Positions 27,216-40,074 of a stretch of DNA of 64,000 nt are shown in pieces (position 1 is the first letter of the stretch; every line of letters begins with the position of its first letter). The stretch is taken from the NCBI GenBank assembly GCA_033442325.1, contig JAWQFM010000006.1, positions 1,806,873 to 1,870,872 of the forward strand, given 5' to 3'. The notes under the pieces were generated by a model that searched no databases, had not been told where the DNA came from, and was given only the letters and a program-made list of their open reading frames with translations. This DNA comes from Salpingoeca rosetta. Taxonomy: Eukaryota; Protista; Choanoflagellata. The position numbers and the translations under genes are program-made.

Positions 27216-28250
27216 TGCGTGTGTGTGTGTGTGTGTGTGTGTGTGCGTAGGTATGTGTGGTGTGACATGTTGGTGGTGAAATCTACCACCTGCATTAATG
27301 GATGCGTGTCATTACCCATGCTGAAAGAAGGCAGGACAAGGAAAGTGGCGCACCTTTGGACGAGGGGCAGGTAGCCCTTCTCCACGAGCACGCCGACCTG
27401 GAAGAAACCAATCTGAGACAGGCACTCCTCCGCGTCGATGCCAAGCACCTTTGTGTGGTTGTCAAGGTCCCAAGGTGCACAGAGGGAGGGTGAAGAAAGT
27501 GAGCAGCCATACCAGTCTGGTGGTAGGTCCGGTGGAGGGCATGTGGAACAGCCGCGAGGGAGAGTGCAAAGGCGAGTGCAATGTGCTGTGGTGGCAGCTG
27601 AGCGGCGCGGCTCAAGGGTTCAGCATGATTGTCTTGAGATTGCTCGAATACCTTTGCGGCTGAGACGACCATGTTGAGGGTGTGCTCGTCCGAGTATGCA
27701 TGGTGGAAGTTGACTGCGGTGTGCGTGACGTTGGCCTCCCTGCGAATGAGGTCAAGCTTCTCCTTGCCATCTGGGAGAGACAGCACGTAGGCGTTAAGTG
27801 CCTCTTCCACAAACCCGTACCTGACAAGCACCGAGCAATGGAAAGCCACCGTAAGCAATGGAGCCAGGGTCAATGAGAGAGAGAGAGTATGTGTGTGCGT
27901 GTGAGAGTGAGAGAGTGTGTGTGTGTGTGAGAGAGAGTGAGAGAGTGTGTGTGTGTGTGAGAGAGAGAGTGTGTGTGTGTGTGCGAGAGAGAGAGAGAAG
28001 GGGGTGGTGATTGTTCGTTGGTACCACGCTTTGCAGCGTGAGGGGAAGGCAGTGAGCATGGTGTGTGAGCATGGAATGGGTGTCGTGGTTGTGTAGAGGG
28101 TGATGATCTTTCGTGACGACCCATGACATCCACAAGCTCATGATACTCTGGTTTCGACCTTCAAAGCTTCAACGAGCCTCCAACCATCACCAAACGAGCA
28201 GACCAGAGGCATGCTTGGCGAGGGGGTGGGGGATGATGGTGGTCTTACAT
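22931..28250 (-). CDS. Soluble guanylyl cyclase: H-NOX, PAS/HNOBA, coiled coil, cyclase and a C-terminal ubiquitin-like extension
   Basis: N-terminus MYGFV, proximal His in LDSMH, YxSxR heme motif [28 protein letters not shown], and cyclase motifs [54 protein letters not shown]. The last exon 23385-22931 joins in frame (GGC T|gtaagt ... tacag|TC ATG). Confidence 0.93.
24219..24301. repeat. (CAA)n/(TTG)n microsatellite in a guanylyl cyclase intron
   Basis: Direct reading; lies between the ...IMAGV and VGRERPRY exons. Confidence 0.9.
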
Positions 28251-28682
28251 GGTGGTGGATCACTTGCTGCTGAGCTTGTGGAGAAGCCCGAGAGTTGTGG
28301 GGGGGGGTGCGAAGGGGACGCTGTGCGCAAGTGTGTGAGCTGGAGGATTTGCAGGGGAAGCGTATCGTGGAGAAGGAGGAGGTGATGCAAAACAAACAGT
28401 TCAGATCTGCGCCTTGTCTCCTTGTGTGGTGTGGAATCGCGAGGAAAAAATGCTCATCGCAGGGTGTGCGTCGAGGCGGCACAACAACAGAGGACGTGAA
28501 CCGACAACACAACAACGGAACATCGGCCTACACCGACACGAGACCAGGGAAGGAATGCTTCCAAGGCTGCGCTCATGAACACCGAGCGCTTGCACCACCA
28601 CCCTCTCATGAAGGTGAAGTGCAACAATCGTTCAAAACAAGACAACTCTAACTTCAGCCATCAAATTGTTGTGGCGTGTAGC

Positions 28683-28713
28683 TGACGTGCAGCTGCTTGG
28701 GGTGACGTGCAGC
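28683..28713. promoter_or_regulatory. Direct repeat of TGACGTGCAGC (CRE/ATF-like TGACGT core) in the divergent sGC / CRT-like intergenic region
   Basis: Exact 11-mer at 28683-28693 and 28703-28713. Regulatory function is inferred. Confidence 0.35.
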
Positions 28714-28936
28714 CTTGTGTTTTGCCCGAGCCTGACACGGCAACTTTTATTGCGCCCACGTTTCATGAAGCGGTCGAAACGTTTGGGCCTCGACATGTGT
28801 TGATGTCATCGGAGCCTCGCACTGGCGAATGTGGCGAATCGTAGGTTGCCGTCCCTTTTATGCTGTCGCATTCAAAATCAGCGTCCGCCCGTGTTTGTTG
28901 TTGTCTTGGCGGCTGTGTGTGTTGTGACGGACGACG

Positions 28937-30073
28937 ATGAGCCACTCGCTGTCGCAGCACAATCGCAAGGCGGCGAAACCGTCGCCGCTCGCGCACAGCT
29001 CGGCGGACGTACCGCCTTCACACCGCCACAGCATCAATGCGCCCCAACAGGCCAGGTCGCAGCAGCCACAGCACAACAGCAAAGGAAGGAATCGCGCACA
29101 CGCCAGCGATGACACCAGCAGCCATGCTTCCTCCAGCCACACCACAACACAATCACAACACCAATCACAGCAATCACAGCAAGCACAACAGCCCCAACAA
29201 CCCATGCACAGCCAGCACAGCCAGCAGCTACAACAAGAAGAGCAACAAGAACCTTTGGTGGACATAAACAGCGATCCCACCACTCCCCTATTGTCGCACA
29301 CCGATAACCACCAGCACCAGCAGCACCAGTCCCATCGGCGCTCCAAGAGCCTGCGGCAGGGCACGTTCACGACCGAAAGCAATGATGTCGTTGAGTGGGT
29401 TGACACCACCCAGCATGGTTCTGGGGAGGAGGGCCCAGTCAGCTCTGTGCGGTTTGCCCTGCGCATCACCGCGCTCTCCATCCTCTGCGTTCTCTTTGGC
29501 ATCTCAAACAACGTGACCTTCTTTGAGATGGGTCAGCGTATGAAGGACTACCCGGTCTTCCTGCTCTACTTCACCACCATGGCCTATACCTTCCTGTACT
29601 TTGTCTGGGCGGTGTTCAACGCGATTTTCCTGGCCGATCGCACAGAGTCCCTACCCAAGTATCTCCTTGGCGCTTCATACCAGCGCTTGGTGCGTGTGCG
29701 TATTTGGCTGTGTGTTCATGTGTGTATTTGACTGTGCGTGCATGTGTATGTGTGTGCGGTTGGTCGCTTTGGTGCTTGGTTGGTTGTTGGTTGGTTGGTT
29801 GCCTTCATGTTGTGTTCTTACTCACTTTCGCTGCAATATGCATTGATGACCCCGGTTCAGTTTGCATGGCTTGGCTTCTGGCTGACTGTGAACGGTCTCC
29901 TCAGCCAGTTTTCAGACCCTCACGTTGACGGAAACCTCCAGTCCGTGTTGTATCAGGTGAACACCCGCACATGCGTGCTGTATCGCTGGCATGGCACTCG
30001 CACACCACGATCTGCGCTCCTCTGAAACACACACACACACAATTTTTTTTCGCTCTCTCTCACCCACCCTCCC

Positions 30074-30160
<87 letters not shown>

Positions 30161-30770
30161 TTCTTTGCTCTCTCTCACCCACCCTCCCCGCATACACCTA
30201 CCCCCCCCACACACTCACACACTGACAGTTGACGCTGCCTGCGACGGGCACCCTGGCGTACTTCATGCTGCGCGAGCGATTCAGCCTGCTGAACCTGGTT
30301 GGCTCTGCGCTTGTGCTCGGCGGATGCCTCATGGTGGCCCTGCCACCCCTCCTCAAAGAAGAAGACGTGAGTTACCACCAAGCACGCCTGTTTCCCTTAC
30401 CGAGGTTGCTCACACAACAACTGCACCATTATGCGTAGCTCGTGCTTCCTTCGGATCGACACACACGTACACGTGCACACCATCACACTGGTTCACTCAC
30501 ACGCACACACACACACACCATCTCACTGTTTCACTCACACGCACAAACACACGCACATACTCACATACTCACTTCCTCACACCCATACACGCTGGAACAG
30601 TCACACAGCAGCAACAGGACGACGACAGTAGCACCAAGTATACCGCCAGCAGTTGGCGTGGGTGGCGATGATACGGCATCAGCGGACGGTGGCGCTGAAT
30701 GGGTGCGTCGATGATGGTCGATGTGTCCAAAGTTGTCACGCGCGTTGGATCACTTGGTGCTGCTGCTGCA

Positions 30771-30860
<90 letters not shown>

Positions 30861-31185
30861 CGTGTGTGTGTGTGTACTTCCCTCTGTGTTTTCACATATC
30901 ATCTCATGGTTGTTTGGCGTCCTCACACACAACCCTCCCCCCAAACACACCACACCACTGCATGGACAGATCTGGATCATTGTGTTTGCGCTGTCGGTCA
31001 TCCCCAACGGCGTGTGTGCGGTCATCCAGGAATCGCTGTTTCGCGACCATTCGCACGTGGACACTGTTCTCCTCCTCTTTTGGTCCAACTTCTACACCCT
31101 CTTTGGCTACGCCCTCGCCCTTCCCCTCACCATGCTGCCCTACCTCGGCCACCAGGTCAGCCGCGTCGCGGGTGTGTTTGTGTTT

Positions 31186-31265
<80 letters not shown>

Positions 31266-32961
31266 CTCCCTGTGCGCGTGTATATGTTCGAGTACATGTA
31301 CACCTACGTGTGCGCGTATATGTGCATGCACGTGAGGATTTCCAAGCCCGCACCACACACACCAGTCACTCTCACGTCCTCTCCATTCACAACACCCCCT
31401 CCCCAATCCCTGCAACACACATTCACCACCACCGTTGTTGTCGCTGGCAGACGGCCAAAGGTATTGCTCGCCACGAGCGCGACGCCTTCCGCTGTCTCAC
31501 TGGCTCATCCCCACTCCCGCCAGGCTGCGAACAGGTGCAGTTGTGGGGTTGATCATGTGGTTGTGTTCGTGTTTGTATTTGTGGGTGTGGTTGTGTCTTG
31601 AGTGGTTGTGTGGTGCGTCTTGGGTCATGTGATAATGTTCACGCGTGTCTGTGTGTCGTGTGCACTCATGCGAAACTTTTGACTGCTTCTTGTTGCCACC
31701 ACCAGGATGCATTTGTTCCCGTCCTTGCCTTTGTCGTCTCCTACATGGGCTTCTTCTACTTCCTCGCACAGCTTGTTAAAGAGGTGCGCCCGCGAGTGTG
31801 AATGTGTGTGTGTGTTTGTGTCTGAGAGAGAGAAAGTGTGTGTGTGTGTGTTGTGAGAGAGACAGAGAGAGAGTGTGTGTGTGTGTGCGTGAGTGAGTGG
31901 ATGAGTGTGCCTGTGTGTGAGTGAGTGAGGAGTGCTTCCCATCCCAGCGCAAATGACATCGCACAAACACACGCACGCACTACCTCACACACCCCATTCA
32001 CCCCCCCCCACAATCCTCCCTTCCCCGCACAGGTTGGGGCGGTGTTTGAGTCGCTGGTGAACGGCGTGGTGACGCCTGCGAGTGCGATTGCATTTGGGAT
32101 GCGGTGGCTTGTCAAATCCGACACAGAGCCGCTGACGGGGTGGGTCATATCTGCCAGCGTCATCGTGCCCCTCGGCGTGCTGCTGTACAAGGCCGACGAG
32201 CTCAAGACGTACGATCAGCACAGACGAGGCGGGGCGAGGAAGAAGTGGGGTGGATGGATGAGGTGTCAGGGAGCGGGTGCGTAGGAATAGGGGCCGTCAT
32301 GTAGTAGACATGTGCGGTGTATTCAGTGCTGATCTGTGCTCTGTGCACCCCACATTCACACACACACTCACATGGCAAGCACGCTCACTGCATACGATGG
32401 TACATGTGTGTGGGTCGCTCCTTGTCTCTGCCGCTCTATCTGTCTGTCTGTCTTCCTGTCTGTCTGTCTGTCTGCCTGTCTGCCTGTCTGTCTGTCTGCC
32501 TATCTGCCTGTCTCTGTCTCTCTCCACGCATCTCCCCGCCCCCTCCAATCTCTGTCTCTGTGTCTCTGTCCAGGTATTTGGGGTTTGGAAGCGAAGGTCA
32601 AGAGCTGCAGACCGTGCACACGCACAAAGGAGGGCGTGGCAGCACCAGCAGCAGCAGCAGCAGCAGCGGCGGCGGCGCAGCAGATGCCGGCTTTGACGTT
32701 GGCATTGTGCCCGTTACAGACTACCTCGAAAGCGGCACGCATGGCCATCACGATGGCGACGACAACACGCCGCTGCTCTCTGGCCAGCGGACGGGGACCG
32801 GGTCTGTATCTGCGCCGCGGTCGCGTCGACTGTCACCGGCGTCATCCCCGCTTCTGCCACTGCGGTTTGGCCACAGCACGGTGGCGACGCTGCAGGCTGC
32901 GCTGATGGTGGACAGCCAGTCGGAGGCGGCCAGGCGCAGGTCACGCTCCTTCTCCAGGTAG
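28937..32961 (+). CDS. Chloroquine-resistance-transporter-like (CRT/CLT, DMT superfamily) multi-pass transporter with a Q/H/S-rich N-terminal extension
   Basis: FGISNNVTFFEMGQRMKDYPVFL, PHVDGNLQSVLYQLTLPATGTLAYFMLRERFS, VFALSVIPNGVCAVIQESLF, LLFWSNFY, the lumenal DAFRCLTG..PGCE loop and LVKEVGAVFESLV fit the CRT-like family, with about 10 hydrophobic segments. Stop TAG at 32961. Confidence 0.8.
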
Positions 32962-33460
32962 ATGCCACCTCGCCAGGGGACATGCGAACGCGTGTGAGAG
33001 GGCGTGTAAAGGTGTGAATGACAGGAGATGTGTACATGTACGTGTGTGTGTGTGTGTGTGTTGGCCGGACAGAGGACATGCGAGGATGTGATGTGAGAGA
33101 AGATGTGTGCACTTGTGCGTGTATGTAAAACACGAAACAAATGGACACGGGTGTTTCGGTTGTTGTCATTCCATCTGTCTGTATTAGTCCTTTCTTAGCT
33201 TTCCCTTTCCCTTTTGGTCTGCGTGCGTTGCACCCATTAAACGACCCCAAAGCAGACATCAATGACTTGCTGTGGGTGCTGACTCGTGATGACTGTGTGT
33301 ACCTGTGACATGTGACATGACAACATGTGACAGGACAGTGAATGGTCATGTGGATGGATGGATGGCAGAACGCAACGCATCCCAACAAAACAAAAAAGAG
33401 CGCGAGCAAAAACACACAAGCAACAACGCACGACCACAACAGGACAACAGGAGAGACAAG

Positions 33461-35545
33461 ATGCAAGTCGTGGTGCTTGTGGTGATGATGGTGATGGTGT
33501 TGGAGGCACCATGTGCGACGATGGCACAGCAGACAGGACATGCTGTGTGTTCAGTGGAAGACCACCTCCACCACAACCACGAAGTGAAGTGCTCATACGA
33601 GCACATTGAGCGAGTGCGCGCAACGAATCACATGGCACTGGTCATCGACGTTGGTCGAGCAGCAACCACTTTCCACGTCCTCGACATCCAAACTGAAGGG
33701 TGCGTGTGCATGTGTCGTGTGTGTGTGTGTGTGTGCTAGTGTCGTGTGTGATGGTGTGCATGTGTCGTGTGTGATGGTGTCGTGTGTGATTGTGTGTGTG
33801 TGTGTCGTGTGTAAGTGAGAGAGAGTGTGTGTGTGTCAGTCTGATGTCTGGTTTCGTGTGCTTGTTGAAGCTGTCACATCACACATGTAATGCGGACACT
33901 GTCCTGCTCACTGCCAAACGTGTTGTTGTGTTGCGCTTGCTTGCTTGCAGGGAACACGTTTCCGTGACAGATCTGACAGTGGGCGACTCGGGGCAAGTAA
34001 ACACAGACCTTGTCTTCCAGATGTCCATAACACACTTTCCCGAGAGCAAGTACCCAGCGTTTGTGCAGTGCCTGCTGAACGTGTCGCAGCACATCATCAA
34101 GCCCAAATACGTGAGTGGGATGCTGGAGTGATGGAGTAGACTTGCGCATGGGCTGCACAGACTGTCACCGCCTGCGTTGCCTGCATTGCCTGCATTGCCT
34201 TGCGTTTGCGTTCGCATAGTGTGCATTGGCACACATCTCTCTCTCTCTCTTCCCCTCCCTCTCTCGCTCTGTGTGTGTGACACATTCGTACACGCACTAC
34301 GCCCTCTGGCGCACGATGACTGCAGCACCGACACACGACGCTGTTTATCCATGGAACCGGCGGCGTGCGCCTGCTCACGCAGTATCGACAGGTATGAATC
34401 ACGAGGGCAAGGGGCAACTTTGTGCGACCATGTTCCTTCACGCACACATCCCTCTGCACTGCCATCCAATGACATGCTGTGCGCGCGCGTGTGTGTCTGT
34501 ATCTTCAACGTCCAAACTCACACTCACTGCACTGCACTCCCACCCACTCCCAAACTCACTCACACACTCACACGAACACATGCGCTCAGGATGAGTTTGT
34601 TGAGATCACTCGAAACGTGTTCTCCGCAAGCGACTTTATCGTGCGCCCGCAACACATCGACGTCATCCAAGGCGGCCTTGAGGTGCGACGATGCGTGTTT
34701 GCTCGCTTGCGTGTATGTGTGGCGAAGTGTGTGTGTGTGTGTGCGTGTGTGCGTGTGTGCGTGTGTGTGTGTCTGGCTACATCCAGTGAAGGAGCCTGTC
34801 ACCAATGGCAAGAATAGCAGCAACAGCACCTCACACGCCTTTTCTCGCTGTGCGTTTGTCATACCAGGCTGTGTACACGTGGATCTCCGGGAACCTTGAC
34901 AGGCGCGACGCATCTTCGGCTGGCGTCATGGACATTGGTGGCGCGAGCGTGCAGATGGCATTTGACATTTCAGAGACAAAACTCGCAGGTGTCGGTCGTA
35001 AGAGGGAAGGAAAAGGATTGTTGTGTAGTTGGGAGGTTGTTTTGCACCTTGTATGTATGTGGGCGATTTGTGTTTGCGTGTATGTTTGTGGAACGTTGTA
35101 CAATGAAGCCAATGCAGTCCCACACACCATCCACTCACCATCCATTCACCACCATCACCATTCACTCACCATCATCACCACCACCACCACCAACTCCTCG
35201 CCTGAAGGGAAACCTCTATTTCCGGACTCGTTCCTGTTCCACACGCGGCTGCGCGGACAACACCGCCGGCTGTTTGCCTCGAGTTTCAACGACGTTGGCC
35301 TGGAGGCAGTACGCTGTAGGCTCGCTGCCTTCAACAGCACCACATCTCCCGACAGTGCCGGTGGTGGCGTTGACCCGTGTCAGTCCCACCACGGGCAGCC
35401 GGTGGACTTCCACGCGTGCACGCAGGCAATCCAACGCATTCTCAATTCGTCGATCATCGAGATTGCTCACTTCCGGTGAGGAGCAAATGGGAGACTGTGC
35501 GGGCGGGTGTGTGGCGGGTGTGTGGCGGCTGTTTTGGCTCTTGAC

Positions 35546-35622
<77 letters not shown>

Positions 35623-35624
35623 GC

Positions 35625-35658
<34 letters not shown>

Positions 35659-36069
35659 GCATGATGATGATGATGAGCATGATGATGATGATGATGATGA
35701 TACCGGGCAGCTTGCTTGCCATGGGCTGGCACGTTCTGTTTTGCCACCGGTGTGATCTCGATGCTGTTGAGTCATCTCGTCCCCTTTATCTCTCACAAAC
35801 ACGTGTACGCGTGCTTGCGTACCCTGCCCAGGATGTGCAATGTGTGTGAAGCATACTGCTACTGTAGCCTGTCTGGCGTTGCACAGCCGCGTATTACCTC
35901 AGACCTCCCCTTCACCTTTTACGGCGGCCTCTCACAGTATGCCAATCACTCACTCTCCGTGGAATTGCTTGTGTCATCTGTTGGTGCTGCCCATGCTGTT
36001 GCTGCTGCTTCTGTTTTTGTTCGCTTGTGCCAGTTCGTTGTGGTGAATACCGTGCATCACACACACATT

Positions 36070-36128
<59 letters not shown>

Positions 36129-36385
36129 TCTCCCAATGCGCGTGGCATCACGGCTGTGTAGAGTAACAGCTGCGATAAACTGGGGACCGGGCGTGACGCT
36201 GCAATCGATTCAGGACCACGCTCGACGCGTATGTCCATCAAAGCACTGCGCATGGGATGAAACACGAGCTCGATGAAACACCTTTGCACTCGTTATGCGC
36301 ATTCCCTGAGACCCCACACACTCACACACACTCACACACACACTCACACACACTCACACACTCACACACACACACTCACACACTC

Positions 36386-36435
<50 letters not shown>

Positions 36436-37979
36436 ACACACTCACTCACACGTGCACACACTCACACGTATTCACGTGTGCTTCCGCCACTGGCAGGTGT
36501 GTGCCCGCGAGACATCGCCGACGCCAGACGCCGCTACAGGGGTGAGATGTTGCTCATGTGCTTGCGCTGATGTGATGCACACACTGATGCTTCTGCCTTC
36601 ATTTCACCTCAACTTCTATTGATACCCCATGCTTTGCCCCCCCCCACACCCACCGTCTCTCTGTTGCTGTTTGCACCCCGGCCACGACTGCGACCACAGG
36701 TGCGTTGCAGCGACTTCATCTATGCGTATGAGCTGTTGGTGACCGGCTTTGGGTTCAGCGCAAGCGCGGGTGCTGACGTCCTCTTTTTCAGAGACATTCC
36801 CTCGGGCTGGATTCGCGGCTCTGTCTTCACAGCGGCACAAAACAGCGCGGTGCGTGTGTGTTTGTGTGTGCATGTTTGCGCCTGTGTCTGCGTGATAATG
36901 TGCTGTATGTGCTTGCGTGTCCATGTGTCCATATCACAGCGTGCCTTCTGTGAATACGCTTCAATACCGTCTCTTCCACTCATGCGCGCACGTACATCAA
37001 TGCGCACAATCTCCCTGCGTGTCCGCCTCACCGTCTCCAGTCATCCAGCGTGCCCTACCTCAACCCAGCCATCACTGCCGTCACCGTCCTCGCCTGTCTC
37101 ATGGTCGTCGTGCTCGGTACAGCGCTCCCTGTGCAAGTGGCCGTGGCTGCCCATAGTGGTTCATAGTGGTTCACAGTGGTTCACAGTGGTCCATGGGCGT
37201 GCGGCTTGGTTGCGTTCAGTGCTGTGAGCGTGGTTGGATACTATCTCGAGCTGTTGCTTGTATACTGTGTTGTTCACACGTTGTTCACACGTTATTGACA
37301 CGTTGTTTACATGTTGTTTTTCTTCCCTTCGAGCCTTCCGCCTGTCTCCCATTGTCGCTCACGTCATCTGTCACATGTGGTGCTTGGCTTACAGGGGTGA
37401 CATGCGTATGCATTCGAAAGGATGAGGCATCACCCATACTCCCTTTCATGGGGAACCAGAAGCAAAGTACGCTTTCCTGCCATTCGCTCCTCTCACACGC
37501 ACAATAGAGAGAGAGAGAGCGTGCTTGAGTGTGTGTGTGTGTGTGTGAGTGTGAGTGTGAGTGTGAGTGTGAGTGTGAGTGTGAGTGTGAGTGTGAGTGT
37601 GAGTGTGAGTGTGTGTGTGTGAGTGTGAGTATGAGTGTGAGTGTGTGTGTGTGCGTGTGTGGGTGGGTGGGTGAGTAAGTGAGTGTGATTATGGCATAGC
37701 ACAACACAGCGCAGCACAACACAGCGCAGCACAACACAACACAACATGCCCCCAACCTTAAGCTCCAACCTGCTGTCATCATCATCATGCGTCACAGATG
37801 GTCACACTCTCGTTGATGAAGCGAGGCCGCTCGTGGTCGAGGGCATGAGCGCGTGCAGCGACACAGAATGCGACGACGACAACGACTGTGACGACGACGC
37901 GTGTGATGGTGACGATGATTGCGATGCGGAATGCAACACGCGGGATGACAGCTTTTCGTTTCCCGGTACATCGGCGTAA
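33461..37979 (+). CDS. Divergent GDA1/CD39 family nucleoside phosphatase (apyrase/NTPDase), signal peptide plus single C-terminal TM
   Basis: Apyrase conserved regions in order: ACR1-like [14 protein letters not shown]2-like [12 protein letters not shown] (small exon near 34326-34391), ACR3 [20 protein letters not shown]4 [27 protein letters not shown] and ACR5-like SGWIRGSV. Then [25 protein letters not shown] and an acidic tail ending TAA at 37979. Confidence 0.8.
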
Positions 37980-38527
37980 ACGTCCAGCAAGGGGCATGGC
38001 GGTGATTTACTGGCTGTTACACCGCACCACATCACATCACATTCACATTGTCACATCACATCACAGTGTCACATTCACATTCACATTGTCACATTCACAT
38101 CACACGTCTTCTTCACTCGACAACTTGCTTGCGTTATGGCACACGTTCTCAGCGGATGGAAATGGGTGGTGAAGGTATTATTGGTTGCGGGTCTGTTGTC
38201 TCGGGTTGCTTGTTGTGTGTGATGAGATGGTTCCTCGTCTCCTCTTGTTTGCATGCTTCCACAAGTGACAGGTGTTGTCACGTGGTTACATTTGCATGTG
38301 TTACATTACGTCTATCTGCAGCCATGTACTTGTTATGCAAACGCTCTCATGGCGTGCATTCGAACACACCCATCAAATAAACAAGCCAATATCTGCCAGC
38401 AGAACGGGCACCTTGCACACACGAGCGAGCACGTCCTGCATCATCTCATGGTTACAGAAACATCAAGCGAATGCTCGGTGAGAACACGGGTGCCCATGCA
38501 CAAGTGAGTGGGGCGATGAAGGCAAGA

Positions 38528-39371
38528 TCACCGTGGCCGCAAGGATTCGATGGCAGCAGCAGCACGCGCGAGCGCAACCACGTGTTGCTGGAGCGCCTGC
38601 TGCTGTGGATACGTATCCCGCAGCTTCTCTGCTGCCCTCACGTGCTTCAAGAGCAGCTCGCATGCAGAGTGGAGGTTGGGGTCGGCGAGGGCGCTGGACT
38701 CGTCTTGTTGCTGCGCCTGTGCTTGCGTGACGAGCGCTTGCCACGTTGCGGGCGGTGTGGGCGTCGCTGCTGTGTTGATGGTATCTGGTACTGATGGCGA
38801 CGAGGACGGGCGGCTTGAGGAGAGGCCGATGCGGCGTGCGACGGTGCAGAGCAGAGCGGCCTGGAGAAAGTGCATGCTGCTGTAGTCTGAGACGTGGGAC
38901 TTGACCCACGCGGCTGCACGCTCAAGCTCTGCGTCAACGTGTGCGTGGTTGCCCAGGACGTAAGCCGTTTGCAGGACAAAGAGGCGGTGTGACCAGGCGT
39001 AGTAGTTCTTGGGGTGCTGTTCACTCGCACGCGCGCACACACGCGCCTCGTGCTCCAACTCCGCCACTGAAAGACGTTTGTCTCGCCGTACGTGCCTCTG
39101 AAGCAGCCACTGCCTGCAGCATCATAGTTGTTGGTTGTGGGTTGAGGGTGCGAAGCAGACGTTGGGCGACAGAGAATGGCACAAAGCAAGCCACATGGGC
39201 ACATGTGTGAGCGAGCAAAGCATGCTGATGGAGGACCATGGAGTCGCAGGACAAGCAAGTGTGTGTACTCAGACACAAGCGCACACACAGGCAAGGGCAC
39301 GAACGCGAAGGCAGACGTGAACAAATGGACGCACACAGGTAAGGGTACGAGCATGCAGACACATCAATTGT

Positions 39372-39439
<68 letters not shown>

Positions 39440-40074
39440 ACATACACACACACACACACACACGCACACGCACACCTGTGAGCCCATCCCACAGCAGTCT
39501 TTGGGTGGAGGGTGAGGACAACGTCAAGAAATGCCAGGTCGGCTTGCCAAGAAACAACGCCGTCCAGGACCAATTGCTTGCGCATGTTCCACACGTCGTA
39601 GTGGTTCCCATTCACCAGCAGCAAGATGCGGCTTGCGCTGTCTCGGCTGGCACCACTGTTATCCGCACTGCTCCTGCTGTCGCCCGTATCATCTTCGACA
39701 GCAGCATCGACAGCAGCATCGACAGCAGCATCGACAGCAGCATCGACAGCAGCATCGACAGCAGCATCGACAGCAGCATCGACAGCAGCATCGACAGCAG
39801 CATCGACAGCAGCATCGACAGCAGCATCGACAGCAGCATCGACAGCAGCATCAGCAGCGTGGTCACGTTTCATGCGCCTGTTGCCATACAACCTGCGTTT
39901 TGAGGACAGGTAGAGGTCCTTCAGTTCGCTGGCCAGCAGCGCGAGCTTGCACCCTTCCACAACGCACGACTGCTGCACGTCGCCTTCCACCATAGGCACA
40001 ATGCCGGCCTCATCGATGTCAGGATGCTCCTGCAGCAGCGCTGCCAGCCGCTCAAACGCACTGTCACCGTTCAT
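38528..40074 (-). CDS. PTAR1: Protein prenyltransferase alpha-subunit repeat protein, PTAR1-like (GGTase-III alpha)
   Basis: Two exons (40074-39476, 39113-38528). HPDIDEAGIVP (PTAR1 NPHIDEIGLIP), LLLVNGNHYDVWNMRKQLV, HPKTAVGWAHRQWLL, HPKNYYAWSHR and HVSDYSSMHF. The start ATG is my choice; the ORF extends upstream to a TTG at 40143. Confidence 0.8.
39697..39852. repeat. Perfect coding minisatellite (GACAGCAGCATC)x13 encoding (DAAV)13 in PTAR1
   Basis: 13 identical 12-bp units read directly, in frame with the minus-strand exon. Confidence 0.95.

Noticed and set aside
39697-39852. CRISPR-like array
   Set aside because: Contiguous 12-bp units with no spacers, inside a eukaryotic exon, and no cas genes nearby.
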